Shown in pieces: positions 27,354 through 41,691 of a DNA stretch of 49,082 nt. This stretch comes from Bigelowiella natans CCMP2755 (Eukaryota; Protista; Cercozoa): contig ADNK01000446.1 of the NCBI GenBank assembly GCA_000320545.1, positions 1-49,082 on the forward strand. Direction: 5' to 3'. How positions within the stretch are numbered: position 1 is the stretch's first letter; each line of letters begins with the position of its first letter. Both the position numbers and the translations under genes were made by a program. The notes under the pieces were generated by a model. The model was not told the origin of the DNA. It searched no databases and was given only the letters and a program-made list of their open reading frames with translations.

Positions 27354-27549
27354 GATTTCTGTCAAAAATATTACCGAAAAACAGCAGGGTATATGTGATC
27401 ATCATTTCTATTTGCAGCATGCCGACAGATATGATTTTTTTTTGCGACAGCATCTTTAATAAACTGTGACTAGGTTATTTTACCCACGAAAAAGTTGCCT
27501 TATAACCTCTCGCTTCTCGCGGTGTGTACTACTACGCAAGGGTTGTGAC
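27354..27549. promoter_or_regulatory. Compact bidirectional promoter region
   Basis: Only 196 bp separate the divergent ATGs at 27353 (-) and 27550 (+). Confidence 0.5.
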
Positions 27550-30208
<2,659 letters not shown>

Positions 30209-30537
30209 CGCTATTTGCTGCAACAAATGCTTCCTCTTCAGTGATTCTTTAGACTTGCAGTGGCCAAAATCGATGTGAGCTCATGTTTATTGAGTTCTCA
30301 CTGTTCACTAGACGAGTGGTACTGATGCAGGGCCTTCATTCTCGTCCTGTATTTCCGTTCCCAGGACACTGCCACTTGATACCGCGTCCCCACCGCTGCT
30401 GATCTGTACGTCATTACATTGTCAAAACATACTCTCAAGCAATTTTGCGTTTGATCAAATCTAGCAGGCGTCAATCCTGCTTATCGCTTATATGCCACGC
30501 ACACGCACACGCACACACATATATACATATATATATA

Positions 30538-30606
30538 TGAGACGGATGTAATGAAATGTTTAAATTTTTTCAATGGTCATCCTAATGTAGCTATGCAATG
30601 TAGCGA

Positions 30607-30645
<39 letters not shown>

Positions 30646-30807
30646 TGCGCGCAAAGCACGACATGCTAGACCAAATCATGATGCATTTTCATGCATGCAA
30701 CATGTGACCAGGGAAACAAACAGACACAATTTAAGCGCTGTAGCCGCTGCATTGCACAGCTACATTAGGATGACCATTGAAAAAATTTAAACACTTTATT
30801 ACATCCG

Positions 30808-30812
<5 letters not shown>
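30538..30812. mobile_element. 275-bp MITE with 68-bp terminal inverted repeats, inserted in a (TA)n tract
   Basis: 30538-30605 is the reverse complement of 30745-30812 at 64/68 positions. Termini are TGAGACGG...CCGTCTCA, flanked by TA repeats. A diverged second copy lies at ~38.9-39.1 kb. Confidence 0.85.
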
Positions 30813-30859
<47 letters not shown>

Positions 30860-32179
30860 GTGTACGCCACAGGCGCGCGCGCGTGCTATGCCATGCGCTA
30901 CGCAAAATAGGCGCGACAATACGATGGGGCTAGCCACTAGGCCATCTGATATATGTGTGTGTGCTTCTCAAGTAATACTAGAGAATGAGATGAATCATAT
31001 CTATTGTTGAGAAACGCTCTAGCCCAAAGGCCACCATACCCACTGCATGTATTCATAGCTAGCTCGATCTGTCACACATGCATTGCAATGTGCGTGTGCC
31101 AATACATACACGCTCTTATTACATCACAACACAAATTTGATTCGCAATGCGTGGTAACAAGTATACACACATGCACACATCACTTAGCTGTTACTGATAT
31201 TTAAGTGTGCCGTGCATCATGAACTGACGACAAAAATACAATTTTCATCTCCACAATCATGCTACAGCTTTATTTCATCATGATAATATCAATGATGAAT
31301 TAGGTAACTTAATTTTTTTACTGTTCATTATTAAAGATGGTTGGGTTAAATACATCTGATTTTTAGTATTGCTTGTCATATAATACAAATCGATATTGCT
31401 TGTCCGCATCACAGACGCTAGACGTCTAAATAAATCGGATAATACAAGTTCTGATTGAAAGGGGGGTTAATGAGGTATCAGAGGTGGTTGTTAGCCAGGT
31501 ATTCACTTCAATCATTGCCTCAGCAGATTCTAGAGACTTAAAACTATTCTATCGTTTTTCTCCTAGTGTCTATTCTCTGGAGAATAAACTAGAAAACATC
31601 AAATCGAAGAATACCGACTATGTGTGAGCCAAATGATAATCCGTACCACAGGCTTCCCGTGGAGAAGATAGTTGCGCGCCTTTCCGTATCGGAAGTTCCA
31701 CTACTTCTGCTACTCCCACTACTTCTACTACATTTACTAATATATTTCTAATGTCCACTACTTATCTTGCGGTCATTATTAAGTAACACACCACAGCAGA
31801 GTAGAGAGTACCGCTATTTTAATTGTATAAAAATAACATCTATTGGAGTCCTAGCTTAATGGTTAGGACCGTTTAAATAATTTGGAAGAGGGTTATTTAT
31901 TTATTATTTATTTCTATTTTCACTCTATTTATCGATGTGGGGTGAGAAAATTGAAATCGCTACATCGTTTCGGTAATAATAATAATAAAATAAATAGAGA
32001 AGATATGTATCACCGGGATACAAGTAAATTCATCGTTAAATGTGTGTGAAAGTATAAGAGGCTGTTAATTATCAATTTCAGTTATTAGGGGCACAGATAC
32101 TTAATGCCAAGTAAGAAGAGAAGACAACAAATAAGTGCTGTAGGGCTGCTTGTGTCGACCTACTTAGGCAGTACGAGGA

Positions 32180-33513
32180 CTAGCATTGTTCTTCTTGCCA
32201 ATTTACCTCTGGCCGTACGTTTTTAAGAATCTTCTTCAGGCTTCCGTCTTTTAACATAGACTCGCCATGACTAGCCCAGAGGCAAGAGGTGTCAATTAGC
32301 GAGAGGGCCGGATACGTGCCATCTTGGATGAGCTTCACGAATTCATCTAAGTGGCCGCGGGCGTTCAATTCGGTACAGTCTCGGAGAATCAGAGAACGAA
32401 GACCTAATGTAATGGATTAGAATTCAAATACGAGGTGGGATGGAGTGAAACTGATCAAATAGCGGAGGCAATAAGGGAGGACGACCTTTACTGTTGGCTT
32501 GAACTAAGAATCTTCCGGTAATGCCCTCATTGTCGGTCAAATCAAGATACTTTAAAGCTTTGAGGCGAAGAAGTTCACCAGCACAGTCATCATTCACCGC
32601 AAAGTTTCGGATCGTGAGCTAAGGAGAGTACGAAATGAAATTATTAGGATTAGGAGTTTAGAGGAAATTTCAGCCGATGGATTTGCATATCTGAATTTGC
32701 GCGGCAATAGTAATTTGCGCGGCAATTAGTAACCTGCTCAATGTCTGGACAACACTCTGTTAGGGCTCTTGCCTGATCACGGTCGAGCGAGTTGCCGCAA
32801 CCTGCTATTGTGAGCTTTCGCAGCTTTCCGCAGTTGCTGGATATAACAGAGGATATTGCATTTACGTTGACCGAAGGACATTCGCAGATCTCCAGTGTCT
32901 CTATTTCAGGGCACAGAGGTAGGATCTCTTTAAGAAGAAGAGATGCTCGTTTTCCAGCGTGTACTAGCTTCAACAATTTGAGAGAATGAAGTCTAGACGC
33001 CACCTGGTAAGGCACCTCCTGCAAATCTGCGACTATATTGACAGTGTCTAGAGTGATGCTGCGGATAGGATAGCGGATACTGCAAGAACGCATGAAGATC
33101 GAACTCAGCTGGCTAATTTTTATCTCTGAATTTTCTACGATGATGTTCTCCCAAAGGCGCGGCATCTTGAAGACCTCCTTTTTCAAGGCGCGGTTGCAGC
33201 ACATGAGCATGCACAACGATTTAATGTCCATGAATTCCACCACGGGCGAGAGCAGAGCTTTCCCGCCCAGCAAAACCCGATGAGAAGGTCTTAAAAAAGA
33301 TGATCCTAGAGCCGCGAGCTTTTCTTTCCCAAATTTGGAGCTCCGGCTGATGAATGAATTGGTCACGTCCCCAAATAATATTCGAAGTGCCTTCTTTGGA
33401 CGCATGCCGCGTCTTGACATAAATCCCTGCCTTTGCCCAGAAGCCGAAGTATTGTGGCTGGGAGACCACATGCCACTGTGGCGCCTCTTACGTGGCGGGG
33501 AAACGATCATCAT
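32180..33513 (-). CDS. F-box/leucine-rich-repeat protein (>=3 exons; an extra 5' exon is possible)
   Basis: F-box-like LLSPVVEFMDIKSLCMLMCCNRALK...LW followed by cysteine-containing LRRs (CPEIETLEICECPSV, CGKLRKLTIAGC, LKYLDLTDNEGITG, LRSLILRDCTEL) across two GT-AG introns. Confidence 0.85.
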
Positions 33514-34149
33514 CTCTGTAAGAGTGCGTTGGATGCGTTATGGCGGTCCTCTCTTTGTCTTTTTTGCCTATGTGTTACAGTGAGAGCGCGGGCTTGTGAA
33601 AACTCTTAGTTGGAATTACAAGAAAAGAGGTTAAATGATCCTAAAAATATCTTTAGTTTTACACTTACGTCAAGGAGAATGTTGTGATATTATGACAATT
33701 GAGCGCGATTCTTCGAATCTCAGAATACGCGGTGAGTCTGGAAAAGATATTGGAAAGCTATTAGTTGGCGCCGAAACCCAGATTCAGAAGAAAGTATCGG
33801 TCCTTTTACGCGAGTTCTACAGTTCAATTTTCGAGCGACATTCTCGGTTTGCGTTGTTCCCAAAAAATATCCTGCATTTTAGCTCCAATGTCCATTGCGC
33901 ATCGCAAACTTGTTTGGGAATTTCCAATTGAAATTAAGACAAAGTGTGGTCGTTTATGGATTGAATCAAACTCTCAGAAAAACAACAATATTTTTTCGTC
34001 TAGGTCAGAATCACCTACTTTATATGAAAAAATGCACAAAATAATGTTGTCGTATGAGAAACTTCTCTCACAAATCTGTTGTTCAAAGCGTAAAAACAAA
34101 ACAAACTGATCGGTTCCTAACTCTGAAAATTTGCAATTTGTACACTACA

Positions 34150-34529
34150 ATGCTGTGCGTGCTCCTTTTGCCTGTTTTCTGCGCACACGCGTCGGAATTT
34201 GGAAAAAACATGCACAAATGTACTGAGGATTTCGTGGATTTCGTTCATGGAACGGTTAATGTCCGGGATTTGTGCTTCCGGTTCAATTTGGGATATCATT
34301 CGGATACGTATCATTGAGAAAATAGCCTTTTCTCCATGTACGCCAGTGACAGGATATTTTGTGATCCCTGTGCACTCAAGGCAATGTGCAATTCGGAGAA
34401 ATGTGACGAAGAGAACCGCATGCAGGTACGTCTCTTCTCTGCTTCTCTGAGAGCACTTTTTACATTTTCATTTTCAACTCTGGTTTTTTTGTCGCACAGG
34501 ATGTCTCATCGATTGTTATTCAAATATAG
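34150..34529 (+). CDS. Candidate small secreted cysteine-rich peptide (3 exons, ~88 aa)
   Basis: Signal MLCVLLLPVFCAHA. Introns 34308-34346 (39 nt) and 34426-34499 give a mature peptide with six Cys. Confidence 0.45.
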
Positions 34530-34671
34530 CAAAACACACAAGAATCTCATGGATTTCTAGTCATAATCGTGATTAAATTGATGTCGTACATAAAAATTGT
34601 AATTCTCTGTTTACGGGGGGCTTTTTCCCTGAGGAAGCACACAACCGACGTGTTAGCACACCCGACGTGTT

Positions 34672-35658
34672 ATGCTGCCACGTGCCTTCTCCATGCACTC
34701 CATGCGTGCCAGCTGCGGCCCAGCCCACCGCAGTCTCTCCTCTTTGAGACACCTTAAAACTATCGCGTGCCTTTCTAAGACCGAAATCGACACTATTGTA
34801 ATCTGCTTTCCTTCCTAGTTCCCCCCGCAACCCCTCTGAGTCGATGCATGTTTTAGATGGGGATAGCTTCAGACATGAAGCAAAACCCAGACAAGTATAA
34901 AGACTCGCTGAGGTAAATAAGTCGTCTGTGTCATCTCTCCCTTGTTCCTTGCCTTCATCCTCCTGCTCGCGATGTGAATACTACTTACTATCACAACTAC
35001 CTACTACTATTTGATTGCTGCTACTGTTACCACTATTGCTGCAACTGCTGTAGTCAAAAGACACTCCTTATGCTCTTCGAGAAGCCATCGCTGCGAACCC
35101 GTGTATCCTTCGAGACGGGAATGACCCAGGTGATGAACAGTAGTGGTAGTAGTAGGTCACCATCGCAATCACCACCAAAATCGTTATCACCGCCACTTAA
35201 TTATCGTCATCATCATACTGACAATCATCATTCTTCATTGCCATTTGAAACTATTCAGCTCGGAGGCCATGCAATTTTTTACTCAATCGCAGACAGCCCC
35301 CTAGGCAAGAAAGAGAGCCTAAGGTGTACTTGGTAGCAATAGTAGGCGCAAAGTAGTACCTGGTGGTGGTTGAAAGTTGTTTTGTTGGTGTCGATAGTGG
35401 TGGGAAGTAAATACCCTCTTTCTCTCCCCCTTCCCCCCACCGCCTCCCCCCCTGTCTTTCTCTATGGTCTTTTGTGATTGTCATGGCTTTGCCTCCTATA
35501 AAATACTGCTTCCTTCGTTTGTCTATTATTTAGCGATACTGGCAAAGTCCTCAGTCGATTCGGTTCTACAAAAACCAATTAATTTCTTAAGGAAGAGTCA
35601 CAGCGTTGATTCATGAGCCATATAGTGTCCACATTCCCAGAAGCACACAAACGCGCCT

Positions 35659-35714
<56 letters not shown>

Positions 35715-36468
35715 AAGTAAAAAGGATATCATTTATCATATGCAGCGGATTTCATTATGGCCCGTGTGAACAAGCGACAGGATATTCAAGAGCTAGCTGA
35801 AGTAACAGCTATTGTCATCACCTTTCTTCATCATCGCCATCATCATCATCATTATCATCATCATCATCTGGCGGCACTGTTACTAATCTACCGACTATGC
35901 GTTGCGTCGGATATTTGTGCTATCGTTTTGCATTCAAAGGTCTCCACGATCCCTGTGATCAATGCACTGGACGATTACGCTCATCCGTGCCAGGTAGTAT
36001 CCATTTGTTGTTGCTATTATTATTTTATTATGTGTATGGCTATAATGAAAAGATTTCATAACGCATCAGATGCTGGCAGATCTCCAGACAATAGTTGAGC
36101 AAAAATCTTCTCCTAAAGGCCTGAAACTTGCCTTCTTCGGTACATCAAACGTTGTTGTTGTTTAAAAAGTCTCGCGCACACACACACGCACACACCTAGA
36201 ATCTAGATTTATACATATGGAAAGTGTGTGTTTGTGTTTGTGCGTGTGCGAAGAGTAGGAGAGCGAGAGATGTTTTGCTGATGTTCTTGGATGAATATAT
36301 TTGGCTTGCAAATTCATGCTAGTTGGTTCTTTATTTTGAGATAATATTCGATGATCCTTCAATAGGCGATGTGGCCAACAATGTGACCTACGATCTCATG
36401 CGACTCGGTTTCGTCCCGTTCCTCCTCCTCCTCCTCCTCCTCCTCCTCCTCCTCCTCTTCCCCTCTCC

Positions 36469-36515
<47 letters not shown>

Positions 36516-37091
36516 TCTATCTCTCCTGGAAAGAAGCGCTAAGGCGACAAAAGATGACTCCCCCTCCCCTTGCGATGATTAGGCAGCATCGTCGGTATGA
36601 AGGTGGCAGTTTGCGGCCCTGTGGATAAGGGTGAGTAAGTAGGCCGTGACAAAATCCAGCAGTAGCGCAAAGAAAGAGCGCCGAACATAAATGAGAATTT
36701 CATGTATGCACTAATTGTACTCGTGCGTCTGTGCGTGCGTGCATCTACCTTCAAAGTTATGGATGAATTCTATTAAGCACGTCATGTTCTTTTCGAGTAG
36801 GAACCGAATACGCTGTGGAGGAAAGCGTGATTGAGGAGTGCAAGGCCCTTGGAGGAGACGTGATCATCACTACTGACGTGGAAGAGGCTGCAACGGGCGC
36901 TGATGTAGTATACTGCGATTCTTGGATGAGCTATGGGATCCCGGAATCCGAAGGTGGTCGTCGTCGTCGTTGTCTTCACACGCTAATGTGGAGTAGTGGA
37001 AGAGGAGGAACATAGTGCTAGGGCTGCTGTAGACTTGGCGAAAGAAGGAGGAGAAGAAGAAGATGATAAAAACAAAAAGAAACATACATAC

Positions 37092-37125
<34 letters not shown>

Positions 37126-37975
37126 CTACCACATGTAAATTTCTCTGCAATGTATTATCTAAACACATCGTATTCTTTCTCTCCTACTCCTCCTCCTCCT
37201 CCTCCTCCTCCTCCTCCTCCTCTCATCACCACACAGCCGAACAAAGGAAAGCTATCTTCATGCCTTACCAGGTGCCGATGTAGAAAGGCGATCATGCACA
37301 TATGTAGTACACGCTCTTACATATTCAGCTCTCTCCCCCTCCCTTGATCCGTCTCTCACGTACTCCCTACCATTCTCCATACTAGACCATGCACCAAAGT
37401 CTAGATACCTAGAACTATGGTGTTTAATAGTGTCTCACCCCCACACCCCCAAAGGTGGATGATAAGGTCATGGAGATGACAAATTCCGACTCGATCTTTA
37501 TGAATTGCCTCCCTGCAGCCCGAGGCCTTGAACAAACAGGTGAGTTTTGAATACCTCATTCTTCTCATTTCATTAGGGTCCCCGCTTTTCGGGGTGGAGA
37601 GTGGGGGTGGGGGGGGGGGATGGGTACTTTGTGTCTGAACTCGGAGGGTAATTACTCTGTGGGAGAAACATCGATGATTCCCCATCTATGAGCGTGGTGG
37701 AGAGCTCATTGGTGTGAGGCCTCTTACTTCTATTGATGAGGATCTTATTAATTCGTCCACATTTTATTGTATTTTGGGGGGATAAGTACCACTGTCGCAT
37801 TCGACTTTATTTTGACTTCTTCCGGTCGTCTATTTCTCCTCCTCTCCTCCTTCTCATTCTCACTCCTTCTCCAGCATCAGTGATCGACGGTCCAAAGAGC
37901 GTTGTTTTCGACCAGGCCGAGAATCGCATGCATGCGCAGAAAGCGCTCCTTCACGTATTGTATCATGGGTTTTGA
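34672..37975 (+). CDS. OTC: Ornithine carbamoyltransferase (Giardia/Trichomonas-type motifs) with putative mitochondrial presequence, 14 exons
   Basis: [91 protein letters not shown]-terminus is [28 protein letters not shown]. Confidence 0.95.
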
Positions 37976-38977
37976 GAGCAGTAGTCGTCAGGTATTAAGA
38001 GACTGCAGAAGCATAGCGAGAATACATTAACATTTCCTTCTGTGACAATGAGATGAGATCAAACAACGGATGTAGTTCTGCGTTGAGACAACTAAGTGCT
38101 GCATAAGTGTGTGCGGTTCATTCATTCATACGTATCTGGGCATGACTATAGACACAGAATATGGGTCTATGTTGTGTACATGTTACGTTGTATATTGTTA
38201 ATACCGCCTTATCTTTAGGTCTGACAGCTTGTGTTTATGTCATGTACGTGTACGTCCGTGCGATGCGATGCTAATGAGCATGCTAGCATGGCATGTTGTC
38301 CATCGCAATGAAGCGGTGCTCACGCGCACAACTAGACAAGCTGCAACGCGCAGAAACATGTGACGCATGACAACAGACAGTTGAGGTAGTGTACTAAAGT
38401 GCCGAGCATGCGAGAAAAACAGTCAGGCAATGTGGTCCGAAAGCACACATTCTAGCATTGCATCATCATCATTGTGCACTGTGCGTACGTGGCTAGCGTG
38501 CACGTGGCCGGCAACGCGCCTAATAACAGTAGTTCATTCATGCCATCAAGTTGGCTGTGTGATTGACACAGGTGAACCGCGTCGCATGTTGGCAACATTG
38601 TAGCATTGCTACAGTTCATCGTAGCTCACTTCATGCTATGTCACATCTGTCTGTCTGTCTGTGCATGTGCGCTTGCTAGATGCGGCGGGTAGCATCCTAT
38701 ATATAGCTAGCTAGCTAGCTAGCATCACAAAAGCAAAAATCTTAATGATCATAAATTGCTTTCTCAACGGCCCATGCAGCTTCAATGCCAAGGTTGCAAG
38801 CCAATTGAAGGCAAACATGGACAGGAATGACGACACGAAAGGACGATCTGCAGATGAGAAGCTAGACAATGCGATCGCTTGCGCGTGCGGCACCCATGCA
38901 CGACATGATATGAATGTTTTGAAAAGCATGAAATCCACAATTGCGGAGACTAACAAAAATAATCTTAGCTCTGTAGC

Positions 38978-39124
38978 CGCTGCATTGCATAGTAGCTACA
39001 TTAGGATGACAATTGAATAAATTTTAATTTATTCCTTACATCCGCTCCTATGTGAGACGAATGCAATGAAAGAATAAATTAGGATCTATCAATAGTCATC
39101 CTAAAGTAGCTGTGCAAAGCAGCG
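38978..39124. mobile_element. Diverged MITE ends in tail-to-head arrangement (right TIR, then left TIR)
   Basis: 38978-39048 matches the right TIR and 39053-39124 the left TIR of the 30538-30812 element. The same subterminal sequence precedes it and (TA)n follows. Confidence 0.8.
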
Positions 39125-39167
<43 letters not shown>

Positions 39168-39196
39168 CTGTTTAATGTGTCATCCCCCCCCCCCCC

Positions 39197-39261
39197 AAGG
39201 TGGATGACAAGGTCATGGAGATGATATTCCGACCCGATCTTTATCAATTGCCGTTCTGCAG
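39197..39261 (+). pseudogene. Degenerate copy of an OTC exon including its splice acceptor
   Basis: AAGGTGGATGACAAGGTCATGGAGATGATATTCCGACCCGATCTTTATCAATTGCC...CTGCAG aligns to 37452-37518 with a small deletion and several substitutions. Confidence 0.85.
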
Positions 39262-39419
39262 TATGAATGAGGGCATGTGTGTGCGTGCCGAAATGATTAA
39301 GTATTGGATAAACAGCAAAAATACACCTCCTGATAGTATAAAAATAAAATGTATTACCTTGAAAAATTCACTGTCACAATCTATCTCTCCGAAGGGGTCC
39401 TCTTCTCCACTTATACACA

Positions 39420-39461
<42 letters not shown>

Positions 39462-39499
39462 ATTAAGATTAAAGCATAACAATAATGGGGATGTTTGAT

Positions 39500-39521
39500 T
39501 CTTACCTTCTTCTTCTTTTTC

Positions 39522-39565
<44 letters not shown>

Positions 39566-40300
39566 CTCTACATCACTAATTCCTTCTACAGAAATGAGTC
39601 ATATCGCGATACCAGTTGCCGTTGCCATCGCCATCATCATCACCAACATTGACGACGTCCCCACTGGGAGCTTGGTCTTCAACCCTGCTTGCACGTAGGT
39701 GGAGGGAGGGGAGTAGAGTGAGAAAAAGAAAGAGAAAGGCGTGCGCATATATAGACACGAAAGAAAGAAAAGCCTCCTCTATAGCCCCCTCCTGCTATAG
39801 CTGAATCTTACTTCTATCCAACTCTCTCGAAGAGTAAATTTCTTTGTGTCGATACCCGTTGTCGTTGTCGTTGTCATCATCACCAAAAGCTCCGTCAAAA
39901 CCTAAATCTCCTTCTGCTAGCTGATTACTTGTACTTCCACACACGTAGATACGAAGGGAGAGGGAAAAGAGGGACAAAAGTACAAACGCAGAGACACAGA
40001 GAAGAATGTAATATAACAAGTCAATCAATAAGCTCTTCCATTAACTCCTGCATTAGAATAGGCATCATCATCATCATCTTCGTCGTCATCATCATAAGGT
40101 GCAGGAGCATTCTCGTCTTATCGATATCCTTCCTGTACAGAACAATCTTGCAAAACTGCCATCGAGCGATTCACATACCCTTCGCCGCTTTCGCCTTGAG
40201 GGGAATTTCTCTCATGCTTGGTGTCGGTATTGGCCATTGTCTCTTTTTCTGCTTCTTCTGCTACGGCAGTCTGTGGATGGAGCTGCGAACGCATGATGAT
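39500..40300 (-). pseudogene. Possible decayed spliced gene fragment (acidic exon-like blocks)
   Basis: Several AG...GTAAGA/GTATGT-bounded blocks (e.g. LAEGDLGFDGAFGDDDNDNDNGY); no consistent frame or start found. Confidence 0.3.
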
Positions 40301-40869
40301 AATGACCACGCAAGAAAAGGAAAAAAAGGGCCATTCGTCAGCAAATAGGTAATCATAATCTCCTATAATCTAGGGGGTGCTAAGAAATGAGTGTCTCTTA
40401 TTGCTCGTAACTAGTTAATGCTCCGAAAAGTAGAGTTCATATCGGGTAGGATGGCGTACTAGTTCTGCTACATATTTCGCACTTGATTCCGAACGTCGGG
40501 TTATAAATTGCACTCAAATAGCTCGCTCTCAGTGGGACATCACCCGCTCAATGATACTCAGAAACTATTCTTCACAATGATTCTCCCTATTTTTTGTGTT
40601 GTGTTCGTGTGTCCTTCGATAACCTGCTCGTCAGCGACTTTTTTGGCCCACTTCCGTAACTTTACGGGAAATGTCTCTTCATGCAGTTTCACAGCGTCCT
40701 CCCATCCTTCCCTCTCTTCCTCGGTATATTCATACTGCTTCACTAATGATCAGTGTTAATGAAGATTATATAAGAAGCCCTGTCCCTACTTTTCAAAATT
40801 AATCAGCTCTGCTCCTATTCTTTGTACATGTGCATTATCTATACGTTACGTGACGTGGATTACATACGG

Positions 40870-40998
40870 TCTTCGTTGCTGCCCCCTTTAGATGTCTGAG
40901 TGTCGTTCTGCTTGGGTTTAAGTTTTTTTTTCTCTTCGTTGCTGCCCCCTTTAGATGTCTGAATGTCGTTCTGCTTGGGCTTATTAAGTTTTTTTCTC
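40870..40998 (-). repeat. 63-bp tandem repeat (2 copies), in frame within a short Lys-rich ORF
   Basis: TCTTCGTTGCTGCCCCCTTTAGATGTCTGA occurs at 40870 and 40933; encodes KPKQND(I/T)QTSKGGSNE twice on the - strand. Confidence 0.85.
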
Positions 40999-41691
40999 TC
41001 CTCTTCTAGCCAAGTATTGAACTCATCATACGTCATATCTTCTCCCATTTTGTTGAGGACAACACCGACGTCTCAAAGCGATGGTTCGCCGTTAGACCCG
41101 AAACCTTCTACTGTGCCGTCTATGGATGGGAAAAGAGTGAGGAAGAATCCACTAACTGCTTTCAACCGACGACCTCACCATGACATTCATATTAATCCTG
41201 TCTACCACTTTCCCACACGCCACGGAAACCTTGACTAGTCTCTCTCCCCTCCTCTCCCCACAGCCTCACACACTTTGAGGTACGCTTCCCGCCTCGGGTT
41301 CTGTTGTGTTCCACGTTGCCCTCTCGAGTAAGGATCGATATTAATTTCCGATCGTTTTCCAGATAAAAAGGTATTCGTTTAATAATGTTTATCGGCAATA
41401 TTATATCGGTAATATATCGTACCAGAATTCACATCCTTCGATGGACCACCAAATAACGAAAGTAACTAACGGTAATCCTAGAAGTTGTAGAAATATTGGT
41501 ATAAATATATCAAGATTATATCTGAATAAAGTGGACGACATTCGTTTCCTTAAAAATGCAAGGGGTTCCACTGAACGGCAATTATTTTCCCTTTCTGACC
41601 GGTCATCCAATTTCTCTTGATTTCATGGCGCCATGCCCAAACTTGGACCTCGCTAGAACTAGCTCGAGGCACTGCGTTCATGCGTTTCGTA

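Noticed and set aside
31200-32100. AT-rich segment as organellar or viral insert
   Set aside because: No sustained ORF or RNA gene similarity visible.
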